64,000 bases of DNA, from contig MCFE01000404.1 of assembly GCA_002104905.1 (NCBI GenBank), forward strand, positions 1-64,000, in the 5' to 3' direction. Made by a program: the position numbers and the translations under genes. Positions within the stretch are counted from its first letter, which is position 1; each line of letters opens with the position of its first letter. This DNA is from Basidiobolus meristosporus CBS 931.73 (Eukaryota > Fungi > Basidiobolomycota). The notes beneath the pieces were generated by a model. That model saw only the letters and a program-made list of their open reading frames with translations. It was not told the DNA's origin and searched no databases. Positions 22,705 through 36,200 of this stretch are shown piece after piece.

Positions 22705-24156
22705 ATGGCTTCGTCAACAGCATTATTGGATTCATCTCAGTCAGCAAATCACGAAGGTTCGATGCGGCAGGGTTTCACGCACATATTGGAGCCAAGTTTC
22801 TGCATAATCGATGGTTCCACAAGGGCAGGTGACCCCGAGCATTACAAATGAGAGCAACGTGAAGGGTCAGGTTTGGCGAGATTTTATAACCGGAGGTTTG
22901 GTCGGAGCCTTGGTCACTAAACTTTTATGGGTGCCACCTTTTATCTCGGTAGTCTGATAGGAAGCTCTCTCAGTACCATCGCCAGTTTCTTCCTGGTGTT
23001 ATGCTACGTGTTGTTCCCCTCCTGTCGGACGTATAGACATCGGCTGATTCTCAGCCTTTCCATCGCGGGTTAGGCTCACCACATGCTCTCTCACCACCAG
23101 TCCAACCGTCTCTAACCCCGACCCTCCTGACAGATTTCCTCAACGCTTTAAACAACACGGTGTCCGGCGCCAAGCTGGCCGTGGAGGGCTCCTTACACGA
23201 GAGCCTGTTTTGTACGGTGAACGGCTTCGTAGGACAATTGACTGTGCAGGTAGTTAGATGGACAGTATGTAGATCCCCCCCCCTAACCCCGTATTAACTT
23301 CGAATCTCCTCAGGCACAGGATTTCTCCACCCTGATCATTGCCATCGCCACTTTCGTCGCATTGTCGAATCCTCTGCGTTGGATCCGTGGCTTGAGCTTC
23401 ATCCAAATCCACGAGGTTTGGATACACCTGTTTATTTGGGGAGTCCCCCTGACCACCGCCATGATTGGACTACTGACGGTCGGCTACGTTCCTGGTAAGT
23501 GTTCTGGTCAATGATCTCCGAGATCACCCCACTGACGCTGGCTCCCCTTAGTGAGTGGGAACTGGTGCTGGTTGCCCGCAGAACCAGTATGGGTCCGCTA
23601 CGCACTAACCCACGGGATCCGGTTCGCGATCATCCCCACCGTGCTCCTGATCTACCTCCGGCTGTTCATAATACTGAAGCGATCCAGTCCAGACGATGCG
23701 TTCTACAGTCAAACCAAATACCCCAGCCAGGATGCGGTGGTTGAACCCGCCTCGGGATACAACGACTCGCTGAACTCCGGCTTCTCCGACGTCGAGCACG
23801 AACCTCCCCGGGGAAAGTGGAGTGGGTTCTGGGTCAAGATGGGGTGGAGGAGGCTCACCTCCACGTCTGGGAAAACCGACACCACCCCGATGGTGATGAG
23901 ATCCCTCAACAGCGATAAGCGGATAGCCACGGCGATGTTGAGGATGTGTATATACCCCGTGATGTACACTGTCTGCTGGGTGCCCGGCATATCGAATCGA
24001 ATCCTAGAGATCAGCGGCGGCAAGAGTGAGCTGCTCGCCACGCTACAGGCGGCCACCCAATTCATCGGGTTCTTTGACGCACTGCTGTACGGGATAACCG
24101 AGAATCTACGGCACGAGATTCGGGAGCTCTGTAGCGGATATGGAGAAAAAAGCTAG
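22705..24156 (+). CDS. 7-TM G-protein-coupled receptor, Git3/Gpr1 or cAMP-receptor-like; multi-exon, 5' end uncertain
   Basis: Spliced exons (about 22961-23069, 23134-23249, 23313-23494, 23551-24156) read ..RHRLILSLSIADFLNA..FCTVNGFVGQLTVQA..IWGVPL..SGNWCW..MCIYPVMYTVCWVPG..GFFDALLYG, with GT-AG introns. The start codon is tentative. Confidence 0.75.
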
Positions 24157-24337
24157 TCAGCATCACCATCTCCAGTTCCAACCCTTACCCCATCCACTAC
24201 CCTTCCCCCCAATACCATCATCACCAACACCATCGTAATCTTAATATTTCCCAAATAAAGCCAACCTCTTCCCCTTGGATACTACTCAAATGGCGGTTTA
24301 TTTGGTTTACATGCGGTCACTATGCTTCGTACAGGAA

Positions 24338-24895
24338 TCAGTTTTCGGGGATCTCGACCTCACCAGCATCGATGGCATCGGTAAGGTCCTTGGGGTTTTG
24401 TCCGTCAACGGTGCAACCAACCGAGAAACAGGTTCCGAGGATCTCCTTGACGGTTCCGCTCAACTCACGAGCCAAAGACTTGTAACGCATGGTTCTGGCG
24501 ATCTCGATGACATCGTCGAGGGTGATGTTACCGCTGTGCTTGATGTTCTTCTCCTTCTTACGATCACGGATGGGCTCCTTGAGGGCTCTGATGACCAGAG
24601 AGGAGGCGGAGGGGACGACCGAGACGGCGGCTTGACGGTTTTGGATGGTCAATTGAACGGTGATTCTGAGACCCTTCCATTCCTGAGTGGCCTTGGCGAT
24701 GTCTTCACCGACCTTCTTGGGGGAGAGACCGAGAGGACCGATCTTGGGAGCCAGGGCAGAGGAAGCACCTACTTCACCACCGGTGGCTCTAAGATAGACT
24801 ACGAGACAGCGTTAACATCCCTCTTGGGGGCTGGTTGGGAATCGAGGCGACTACTTACTGATCTTGACTTCGTTGGGGTCGGCTTTGGGTGGCAT
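24338..24895 (-). CDS. RPL12: 60S ribosomal protein L12 (uL11), 2 exons (24859-24895, 24338-24798)
   Basis: [50 protein letters not shown]...[19 protein letters not shown]. 60-nt GTAAGT..TAG intron. Confidence 0.97.
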
Positions 24896-25359
24896 GTTAA
24901 CTCAAACGATGGATGGATCCACAGTAATCTACAAAAGATCCGGTACCAAACGGTGGAAAGGAAGGCTTCCCAGGGAATCCGGTAATTTTTAAGAATCCCC
25001 GATTTTTTCGTCCGGCCCGGGACCCCCCGATCGTGATGCTCAACGCATCAGCACCGTTTCAACCATGAGATTATCATGTGAGGGGGCCATTTGCTTGAGA
25101 AACCCAAGAACAATGGATGTTGTTCGCCGCCAATGACGTCGCCATCCCTCAAGGAACCGCTGAGTTGTCTGATTTTGGCATGAGTGCGTACCCCTCATCC
25201 CATAGAGGCATGTTTAGGAAACCAGTTTCCACTGACGAGGTGGCTAAGCCACCAGGCCATATAAAGTGCCAAGAGTACTGGGGCATTAGCAGAATTTTAG
25301 TCCTCAACCACGACCCACCCTCCCCTTTAGCGAACTCACCACTTGACGATTTGTTCTGC

Positions 25360-25656
25360 ATGGATACAAAGAAGGATATCAACGTGTGCTCTACCTGTGG
25401 ACCCTCCTGTGGGTGTGGTGCGAACTGTCAATGCACAAGCTCAGAGGTGAAAGCGGCCGGTTGCGGCTGTGGCCCCGGCAAGGACGGCCAAGTCAACACC
25501 TGCTCGTGTGCAGGAACCAAGGGCGCCTCTTGCAATTGTGGGCCGAATTGTAAATGCGCTGACAAAGGAAAAGAGAAGCCTATTCATGCCTGCTCGTGTG
25601 GCGGCTCTGGGAATGGAACCTGCACCTGCGGGCCAAATTGCCAGTGTTCTCATTAA
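25360..25656 (+). CDS. Metallothionein-like protein, 98 aa with 20 Cys
   Basis: Nine CxC pairs plus one CxxC, no aromatic residues, Gly-rich. TATAAA at 25260, about 100 bp upstream, favours this ATG over the in-frame start at 25117. Confidence 0.82.
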   Translation: MDTKKDINVCSTCGPSCGCGANCQCTSSEVKAAGCGCGPGKDGQVNTCSCAGTKGASCNCGPNCKCADKGKEKPIHACSCGGSGNGTCTCGPNCQCSH

Positions 25657-25884
25657 ACGAATGTAAACAACCTACTTAATTCAAGTGAAATAAAATGTTC
25701 CATATTTCTCGAAGATTGTCACTGCATCCGAAGGGGCCGCTCTCACAGATGTCGGCCACTCTGCCTGCATAAACTAGTGGGATACCTGTGAATACGAGAT
25801 TTCGTGGAGCTTTGCCGATTCACATGGCTTTTGGGTACGAAGCAATAGAGGCATTTTATTAAGTACATGTAATTGACAAAGTGA

Positions 25885-26655
25885 TCATTCATCCAAACGC
25901 ATCAGAAGGTACTCCACTTCCACCTCCTTAGTGAGAGGGATCACGTAATCTTTGTAGAGGTCGATGACGGCATCCACGGCGATCTTACTAACCTTGTCTG
26001 GAATCGCCCCATCTGTGGATATGTCTTGGCCATAAATCGAGGCCTTGTGACGAAGACGCTTCAGTAGCTTTTCTTCGACGGCCAGGTTGGTGAGCAGATC
26101 GTAGATTCCCTGGGAGTCACGGGCCTTGATGAGCTGCACGTACTGGTCGTGGAGTTCGGGGTCGTTGAATTTCGCCTCGGCGATGAATTTTCCGTAATGG
26201 ATACGGCGCGAGAGAGCTTGGAGACACTCGACGTCTCTGGTCGCGGAAGTCCCGTAGTTCAGGTCATCCCCGTGGGCGCAAATGGTGGGGACGATCTTCT
26301 GAATGTAGATCTCGTAAAGTTTCTTGTTGATGTTGATGTTGTTGGGGTGCAGGATCTTGGGGTAGTCCAAGGGAGGTAGGATGGGCTCCGGAAGGTTGGA
26401 AGTGAAAGGGTACTCGTCCGGACTGGTGTATCGCCGAACCTTGGCGTGAGAGATCTCTAGTTCGTGAAGAATGTACTCGAGAAAGGAAACGTTCGCTCGG
26501 TCCTCGAATTTGAACTTGCCCACTTGGTAGATGGAGTTGTTCGTGGCGAACTGGGCCCGCTCGATCAGAGCAAATATGATGGTGTCTTCGAGACGGATCA
26601 AGGTGTCTCGGAATTGATCCAAAGGCAAATCATTACCAGTCTTGAGAAAATCCAT
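25885..26655 (-). CDS. ARO7: Chorismate mutase (eukaryotic AroQ type), intronless
   Basis: LDQFRDTLIRLEDTIIFALIERAQF, RRYTSPDEYPF, LQALSRRIHYGKFIAEAKF, VIPLTKEVEVEYLLMRL. Confidence 0.96.
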   Translation of the reverse strand: MDFLKTGNDLPLDQFRDTLIRLEDTIIFALIERAQFATNNSIYQVGKFKFEDRANVSFLEYILHELEISHAKVRRYTSPDEYPFTSNLPEPILPPLDYPKILHPNNININKKLYEIYIQKIVPTICAHGDDLNYGTSATRDVECLQALSRRIHYGKFIAEAKFNDPELHDQYVQLIKARDSQGIYDLLTNLAVEEKLLKRLRHKASIYGQDISTDGAIPDKVSKIAVDAVIDLYKDYVIPLTKEVEVEYLLMRLDE

Positions 26656-27209
26656 GGCTTCTGTTCAAATACTTCCCGCTCTACCAGCGCAGTGACTTAT
26701 AAAGGATTGTATTGCCATTGTGAAAATTTGTACCACATGCATCAATTTCTTTAGGGAGAAGGAATGCTGATAACCATGCTAGCATGGAATAAACACCACT
26801 CGCATACACATAAATGCAGAGCAAATGTGACTCATCGGGCCATATCAGGAAGATCTCATAGACCGATAAGGGCAATCGGAAAAGGAGAAATGCCCAGAAT
26901 AAGAGGATTGCGGATATATTAGTGCAAAGAAGGGGTGAGGGCTAGGGTTGGGCTGGTTGTGCACAAAGCCTATCTTCAACAGGCTCGCACTTCCAGACCC
27001 ACATAAACTGGGAAGAGACACTATTGCACCCACTCTAAAAATATTGACTAACCCCGAGATTAACCCTAAGATTAACCCATAATAAACAATAGCCATCATG
27101 CTTATGCTTATGCTGGCTGCTGTATTCCTAACCGAGGGAAACATATTTATTGGTGTAGAGGATCAAAATGAAGTTACATGAAACAATGTTCTAGCTTGAA
27201 GGATATATT

Positions 27210-30200
27210 TTACAACCACTGCATCCACATACAGTCCATTTGTGAGAGTTTGCTTGGATTACTAGCCTGCGCAACCAGATCCAAAACCGCCTGATTGATG
27301 GAGCCCGAGGTGGGTGAGGCCGGATTCTTATCTTTCACAGATCTGTAGGAGACGTTTTGAATCCGGCTCAATACTCCGTTGACATTTTGCAGAACCTGTT
27401 CCTTGAGTGGCTTGTTCTTGGGCGTTGCCGGTGGGAGATTCGCACCCTGCCACGTGACGAGCTCGTCGTGAAGGAACACGCAAAGGTAATCCATTAGGTT
27501 GCTCTCCGACTCGATCAAACATTGGGCAATGGCCATGAAGGAGCTATTGAAGATCCCTTCGATGCCGACGGGGGTGATGAAGTTTTGGATATTAGGAGTG
27601 AATCTGAATGGCACTGGCTCTGGGTCGGTCTGGGTTACGGCCAGTTGATCCGGTGCAGTTGAGGGATGTAGCTCTGCGGACCATATATTGCCACTGGCTC
27701 GTGAGATGTGTATTTTGTGTGGGTACCGCTGTCCAATGCATAGAGCGTAGCTCATAAACGACACTGCAGCCATCTGCGTAGTGAACTGCTTCCTCATAGT
27801 AAAGAGGTCGCAGTAAGAGCTCATAGTGTTCTCCATGTACTTGGAAAGTAGTGTATCAGGCACCATCTTGGTGGATATTTCGTCGGCAAGCTCGATCTTC
27901 AAATCAACAATCTCTTGCTTATCTTTCTTCTCTGATCCAAGCGTGCGAAGCTTATCCAGGTAGAAGATCACCGGTTCATCTTTGTGCATGCCTACCTCGT
28001 CACAATATTCTTCATAGATCTCTTGCAATGAAGTGTAGGAGGGATCGTCTTGAACGAGTCGGGTGTTAGGCGCCAAGGGAACAGCAATTGGAAGATGGAA
28101 GGAAAGGCTCCTTTGGCGACTCTCTCTTCTCTTGGCCAGGATACAGTTCATAAGTCTGAAGAACTGTGTGGTTCTCTCCTCTCTTCGGCTGAATTTCGGT
28201 GAGGGATGCTGGATGCAGAAAGGATGTAAACTACCGTCATGGCCTCGGATGGTGATCGCCTTGAAGTAGTTTCCATCACGTCGGAAGGTTCTGATTTCAG
28301 GTTGGAACCGGTCGATTCGGATGAAATCGTTACTGTCGTCCTTCAGGAGAAGATACTGCCCGGGAATCTCGACATCGTCGAATTTCTGATGTCCAAACTC
28401 TACCAGATAATGGCTATACTGCTCAAGGTTGTGGCGACGGGGCCGATTGTCCAGTAAGGCCTCAAACCTATCCCTCCACTCGCGTAACTTCACGATATAC
28501 TGACTAAGTGTGAGCTTCTCTTCAATAAAATCACGTTGGAACGCCAGCTTGACATGGCCCGGATAGAGAGTATCAGCAAAGCGTTTCAATGTCACCTCGA
28601 TCGCAGTTGGAATTTGGTCAGTGAAGACCATGTTGTCTATTTGAGTGCTGGCCAGCTTAACCGTGTCGTTCAGGAATATGGAGAGAATTCGGTAGATGTC
28701 CTCGTCAGAGGTGGGCTTGAGACGCTGGAGGATTTGATCGACCATCGTTTCCATAGACAATGCAAGTAAAGGATATGCGGTTTTCAGAATGGCCACGATT
28801 TCCTCTACATGTTCCCATGGATGTCTAGGGCTCGATCCGCCAGAACTTCCATTGCTTGGTGACTTCTCCGCACTAGCGGCGGTAGCACCTGGCTCGGACT
28901 TTGGCTGTGGATCAGCCGCCTTACCATTGGTGTCCCCTTCAGGTTTGGTTTCATTTCCTAGCTCGTTAGACTCGGAAGTGCTATGGTTCGAATCAGTGTT
29001 CATAGCCGAGTCTGAATTAGATGCCTGGGCATCCGAGGATTTGTTGTCGGTGTTTGTTGGGGTGGCAACCGGAGTGCTGGAAGTTCCGCTGTTCATGGTG
29101 GAGGACTGCCTACGCACGATGCCGTATTCTTCCTTTGTTGTTCTTAAGATGTAGTGCAATGCCTTGAAAGGGAAATGAGTAAGTGTTCACTAGCAAAGAA
29201 AACAAACGAAAGTACCTGTGGATATGCTTTCGCAATCTTGATTAGGATGTGGCGAGAAACCTTCGCCTCACGTTGCGACAGACAAATCAACAACTGCGGG
29301 ATAAACGTGATCCAATACCAGACAGGCACCTCCCCTTTGTAGTTCTCGAATGCGGCGGCAATACTGCCTTGAGCATCGTCGAGACTTAACAACCATAGAA
29401 TTCTAGCCAAAAATTTGCGAGATTTGGCATTCTTGTAGGTACCGGCAGCATGAAGATAGCAATCCACTGCATGCACAGCCCAAGAAATTTCGTTGGGCTT
29501 TTCTTTGAACATCTGATCGTTGTATTGTCCCCACGCTCCCCATCCCTTGGCAAATGCCATGGTTGGATCGATCTGGATGGCCGTGGAAAATCCTTGATTT
29601 GCTTCCTCGTGCATGCCCAACCTTGACAAGAACAACCCCTTCAGGGTGAAGAACTCGGCTTTCTGTTGAGAGCCAAAGTACATGAGATTCGTGTTGTTAA
29701 TCACATCCAAGCCGATGGCAAGTTCCACTGGATTCTGGAAGTGGCACTTCGCCTGCTCACGAAGCTTGAGGAACGCCTCCTGGATCTCAATATTCGGAAG
29801 GGTGTAGATTTGATTAAGGTAACTGATGCACACATCAACCAGATGATGCTTCCTCGCCACATGAGCAAACCGATTAATAATCCAAGCCGTTTCATGATAT
29901 CCGCGATAAGCAAACGAGTTGCTGTTGGAGTTGCTTGCTCCATTGGCCTTCAGCAACGGTATCAATGGAAGGTAAGTCTTGTTGATGATATTGAAGATGT
30001 GACGTCTCCAGGCAACAAGGTCGCTCCAGACATTGATGTCGTCCCAGATGTTGGGGAGTCTATCTCGCCAGGTTTGCAAGACTGCCTTTAGCTCTTGTGA
30101 GCGAACGTCCAGATTCGAAGCATCCGTCGCGGCAAGACTAGTATAGATCTGGCTGGCCTCTTGGAGCTCTACGAATTGTTGGAAGATCTGCAACAGAGGA

Positions 30201-33200
30201 ATGTGAGAGCTCGACACAATGTCAGGCAAGAAATGCCATTTCTTCAGAGAAGCCTGGATTCCTTCATCGCAGAGCCTCTGGAATTCGGCCGATTTCACAT
30301 CAGCATTCTCCTCAGAGCCGGACAGTACTAAAAATGCGTCAAATACTCTTCTGCGAGGTGAGGCCGTATCGGGAGTAGACTGTAAGATCTTCTCTACCGC
30401 ATCTCGCTCCGCTGTCCAATCGCTGGTCCGCCAGGCGCAATCGAGTAACAAGTCGTAGTTGTTGTCGTGTTTCGCGAGGTCTCCCAGAATATCCCACTGT
30501 TGAAGCTTTTGGGTGCAAATGATCCAATGGTCTTCCCAGAGGTAGTATTCGGATTCGCTAAAAGCAAGTGCTCCCGTTCTGGCTTTCGACTGTGCGTTCT
30601 CGTACATGGCTTGGGCCTGAGCCCACATTCCCATCTGCTCGTATGAGATTGCGGCCACTGTCTCAGGGTACAGGCAACGGCGCTTCCACATTCCGAAATA
30701 CATGTCGTCCTCAGAAAGGGTGGAATAAAGCTCGGCAATGGCATCCAACGTGCTCTCACGAAGTTTGTCATTCTCCTTCGCTCCCGAGGTATCTATCAGT
30801 GTGACATCATATAACGATTTCTGCAGAATCTCGATGGCTACGTGCCAGGCATTATAGGTTTTCCCTAGATATTTGACCAACTGCGGTGGCAACAATAGCG
30901 ATGGTGAGCATCTCAAGATACTCTCGAGAAGAGCTTGTATGACATTAGGCCGGACGTCCGCTTGCTTGGTGTGATAGCTCTTGGCCAACAGAGTGATCAA
31001 CGACTTGGATAGTTCATTTCGTTCATCAGAGCTCAACGAGGCCCAACACAGAGGGAAAACATCAATCCAGAGCTTGAACGTCACCTCGACATCTAGATGT
31101 AGCAATTGCCTCAAAGGAGCAACGATGTCTTCCAATCTAAGCTTACGTGTTTCCTTGAGAAACTCGTTATGCTGCTCAATCATGTCCTTGAGCTCTTGAG
31201 TGGCCGAGTCCGACGTATTATCGGCTTGGTCGGAAAACTTGTTGACACTAGATTTCAGAGATGTTGTCTGCAGGCTGTGTGGAGCGGGGGTGAGCATCTT
31301 CTTGGGCGACACAATCCCAAGCAGGATGTCAAGCGCCTGTTGAATCCAGAACTTCGAGGCGAGGTATTCCCAGTTCTGTATCCCAAGCACGTAGTTCAAG
31401 CGCGTGTAGAGCGATTTCGCAATGCTACGATCGAATATGGCTGCGAATTGATTGTGAAGGGTAGGATTCTCCACTCTTGCGCCAAACAAAAACGCTTGCT
31501 CCAGTCTGACCGTGAGTTCAGACCGCGCAAAGGAAGGATCGTTGTAGATACTGACAACCAATTTGAGGTAGTCTTCAACCAGAGATTTGTCGGTTCGGTT
31601 TTCGAAGCACATCATCGTGACCATCAGATTGGCCTTTTCCTTCATCGTAGGGAACGCTTCAGCCTTGTCTTGCACCCATTCGGTGACCATGTCAAGAATC
31701 GCTCTGGAGAGCTCGTTGTCGGAGCTTTTCTCGATGAGTTGTATCAACGAAGTAAGATACCAGCGTCTTTGATCACCGAGGTGCGAGATCCTCAATTTCA
31801 TCAATTTCAAAGACATGATGAGGATGGGAAGTGACGGATCACCAGTAAGTGTACCTTGCGATACGTTGTTCTGCAGTGAGATATGGTCTTTCGTCAGCTT
31901 AAGAATGAGCTTCCCAAGTGCAGGGATGACATTATCTATCAATTCCGGGCGGTTTTCGCTCGACGCGCTCAACAGGGTCAACGCCGCATATAAATTGGTC
32001 AGATTCTGCAACCCATCCTGAACAATGGAATCGATAGTAGCGGTGAATGCGTTCATCTCATCCGTCGCCTCCTCATTATTGGGAATCGCTCGATAGATCC
32101 TGGTGAGTATGGGCTCGAGGTTCTTCATGAGCTTTGTGTTTTCACTTTTAACGCATTTTTCCAGCAAAGCATGCAGCTGGCCGATGTTGTTGCAGAACCA
32201 TTCGTCCGGCTTGCCGCCGATGATGACATCCAAGACTTCGAGTGCGTTACAAACCGATGGCAGATTGGCTTCAGAATACTCCATTTGGACCAAAGTTCGT
32301 TCAAAGTAGCCCAACTTCGTGTGAACTTCAGACCATAGCTGAGGACTAATAAACTCCCGAATCAGATTGAGGGTGCGTAGTGGGAGGCCTTTCTTGGAGA
32401 TTGGCTCGCTAGACGAACAGGTAAAGCGAATGAGATAACTAATCACACTCTCCCTTAGGCTTGAATTAAGGGTGTATTCCTTGGTATGGCTTTCGCCATG
32501 CTGAGGTTTGACATCCACGCTGACTGATTGCTCAAGCTGGATCCGCTTTTGCGCGGATCCCTCGCTGTCATGCTCCAGCGGGCGCTTCCCGAAAGCGTTC
32601 TCTTTTTCTGAGGAGGAAGCGTCGTTGGGCAAGACAGCCATGGCCTTCTTCTCCCATTTCAGTATCAACTCGGCAAGATCCACCGTCAATGTTTTCGTCT
32701 CCGCGGTGGAGTTTTGCAAAAGCCCCAGTTTGGCCAGAGTATTGACGATTTGTGGAAAGGAAGTGCTCGCGGCTCTCATAAAAGAGATCTGGGTGTCGTA
32801 CCAAGAGCTGGTAGACATTCACTAGTTGAGAGACACTTTGACCTTCTTCTACCAGCACACGTTTGGTCCAGCGAGCCCACGTGGGGAACTTCTGATCGGC
32901 AGCATTGTTTGGAATGCGTTTGGGTAGGACGGGCGTAACAATGTCTAGGGCCTGTCGTACGAGTGATCGTGCCTCTGACTGGTGAGCCTTCAAAAGGGCA
33001 ACGTAGATTTGAATGATAATCTTGCTGGGCGTTTCATAGGCAGCAATAAACCGAGCAATCAAAAGATAAGCAGCCTGCTTCGCCGTGATGTCATCCAGCT
33101 TCAGGAAATTCCAGCCGAACTTGATAACATCCTTGCGGGCATCCGTTATCAGATGCGACGCGTATTGAATGATTAGAGTGGTCATCTGGAGCAACTCGAT

Positions 33201-36200
33201 TTTCAGGAAATCTCCCGAGTGGTGGCATTCCTCTGGTGATTCCAACGAGAGAGGATGCCATATCTTGGTATGGATTTGCTCTATCATTGCCTCGTCGATG
33301 ATTTCGGAGTACTCGTTGCGGGTGAAAGCCACCAGAAGCATGGGGTTGATGATCATCTTCAATGCGTGTGTCTTAATGCCAGAGGTGGTAGAGATGTCAT
33401 CGAAGAGTGTCAGGAATTTGGTGAAGATTGCCTTCTTTTGTGCTGAGGAGTATTTGAGCGCGACTTCCTCATAAAAGAATCGTTTCAAGAACGTAAAATC
33501 GATCACAGTCTCCGTGACAAACACCTGCACCAGCTCAAACAGTAAATCAACCTCCATAGGCTCCTTTTTCAAGTAACTAATGAACACTTCGCACAAGTAA
33601 AGAGTTTCGCGCAAATGAGAAAGACTCATATTCTCCTCCTGGTTGAGCCTTTGCTGTCTCCCGGGGGAACGCCAAAGCTTGAGCAGCACGTCAAAGACGT
33701 TGCTGTTCTGGCCAAGCCATTCCGGGTGGAAATTTCCAATGACCTTGACAATCAGGATGCATTGGAATTGCGACTCGTTCAGATTAGGTGCCTGCAGGTT
33801 TTGTGGGGCTATTTTGTCAATCAACTTTTCAGTATTCTTCATGACTTCTGCTCTCAGTGCAGACGCATCTTCCATATTCAGTATGCTGATGAACAAGCTA
33901 CTATACTTCTCATCGGCAAGCCTTTCGTAGAAGTAATCGATCGCCTCGGCAGCATAACGGTTCAAAAACTTGATGAGAGGCTTTCGGAAGGGGCTGGAAA
34001 TCGAGCGTCGTAGGTGCACCTCCGATTCCAGAGTGACTGTAATCAAATCATTCAGGAAGATATTGGCAGTGGCTGGTAGAAGATAGAAAACATCCAAAAT
34101 CGCAACAATGATTTTAATGTCATGGTTCTCGCTAAGCGGCTTCGAAGCGGCCTCCTGAAGCATACCAGGCTCGGCCCAAGATCTCAAGTGGTCCAATAGC
34201 TTCTTTCCAATCTCTACTTTGAAGTAATTCGTTAGAAGCTCCAAAAGCCGTGCCAGCCCTTCTAGTGCCGCCACAGATAACCTCTTATGGTCCGATAGAT
34301 TCATGAGAATTGGCCTTAGGCCCGCCTGCAGTAGATCCTTAGGAAGCTTGTGTTGCTGAGCTAAAACTTGCTTTAACCCTTTATTAGCAACCTCGACGAC
34401 TTCCGGTGATTTGGAATAGAGAGACTTGAAGAAAACGGATATAATTCTGGCCCGCGTTGTATTCTGTCGTGGCGAGCAGAAATCCGAACATGCCATGGCG
34501 GCAGAGAGCAGTTTGATGCACACGATACGCAGATTGGTCAACGAAGATGCGTTCTTGTGCTGGGTGGGTCGGCTTACAAGCGCCTGGTCCTCCGCATCGG
34601 CTAACGCCAGAGCCTCATGGAGAAGTCGGATAAGCTCGTCATTAACTTCGAGGAATGGCGGACGAAGGGAAAGACAGTACGTGATAGCATCAATATTTCC
34701 GATTTGCATGGCGAATGGCAACGCACGAAGTGGTTTGGTGAAGATAGGAAACAGTAACCGCTCACGAACGGGGGACAATAACTCCGTGACCTCACTTCCA
34801 GTCAGATCAGCAAGAAGTTGAAATGATGATTGTATTGTTTCCCGCACCGCGCTGTTGGGGTTGGATAACTCGGAGATTAGAAGGCCGATCAGATTGTTAA
34901 ACTTGGTCTGCTGCTCCTGCGATTCCTCATTATCCTCTGGGCGATTACAAACCTTGAGGACGTGCGAAAGAGTTTGGGTAGCATCTTCAATATTGCCAGT
35001 CGCCAGCTCTGGCGACATATCCTTAAGGATGTATAACAATGACTTGACGAACTCCAACTCATGCTCCAACATCCAGCGAGCCCCCATATCAAGCTGAGAG
35101 CTTAAGATCGAAATACCCAGGCAACCACCGCTTTTCTTGAACCATTCTTGCTTATAGCAACAAGAGCAAAAATTGGAGGCAAAGGTGTGGAAGATTGGAA
35201 GCTTCCCGACAAATTCCTTTCCGCCCAGTGCAGTAACACAAGTGTCATATACAATTTGAAGTGAGCTCTCGGCCAGTTTACGGTGCTGGACATTTTCGGA
35301 TGTCATGACCTCTACTATTGCCTCAACTATGATGTTGCTATCAAGGTCGGACTCGTTCAAAGGCTTGGTAGACAATAATTTTCCCTGCTTTTCAGCCTGC
35401 GAAAGGCCTTCGATTACTTGTAAAAGTGCAAAATGGCGGCAAAGCTTTTCGAGGAAGGGCTGTGCTTCTGTAGTCAATTCTGGAATGACAGCAGCTGCAA
35501 ACAAAGAAACAATAGCTGCCTGTAGCGTGCTCTCTTGAACTGCTTTCTTTTTCAAATTGCCTTTAACAGAACGGTTCTGGTTTGGCTGTTTAACGGATGG
35601 CTGATCCTCATTCATATCTAGAAGCTTGGATTCCCCGGTAGCCTCAGTAGGCTGACTTGCAGAAATATACGTGACCCCTTGAGAGATAAGTTCAGGCAAA
35701 CTGTCATTACATTCATCCAAGTTCACCAATAGAGCGATACAACCCCGGACAAAGAGGAACGCCTGGGTTTGATAATAACTAGTACTGTTGGAATTCTGGA
35801 GTACTTGAGTTGCGAGCTTTAAGCAATTATCCAACGGGATCACCTGGGCAGACGTTATTGGCTCCATATAAAGCTGAACATCAATCCCATTCTCGGTGGA
35901 TTCATGATAGGTGAGCTGTGGTGCCTCTTTGAGCATACGACGATTTCTGCCACCGAGCTTTCCCAGAATTCGCATGGCAATATGCCCATTGCTTTGGTTG
36001 CTGGGAAACGGCTTCAGGTGCTTCCACAGAGCTGACATCAAGTCGTTCATTACTGGTGCTATAATGGGGTCTAGGAATTCTTGCGTGAGATTATCTATAC
36101 ATAACTCCAATGTCCTGAGGCCTTGGGCGGCAAGATCAGGTCCCGATTGAAGTGCTAACACCAGTGGCTTCATAAGGAAGGATAGGTATGGCAAAAGGAC

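Noticed and set aside
24275-24985. 236-aa plus-strand ORF
   Set aside because: Antisense shadow of RPL12, produced by the biased codon usage of a highly expressed gene; it runs through the RPL12 intron.
25117-25359. 81-aa N-terminal extension of the metallothionein ORF
   Set aside because: Composition is unlike an MT, and a TATA box at 25260 lies inside it, so it is most likely promoter and 5' UTR.
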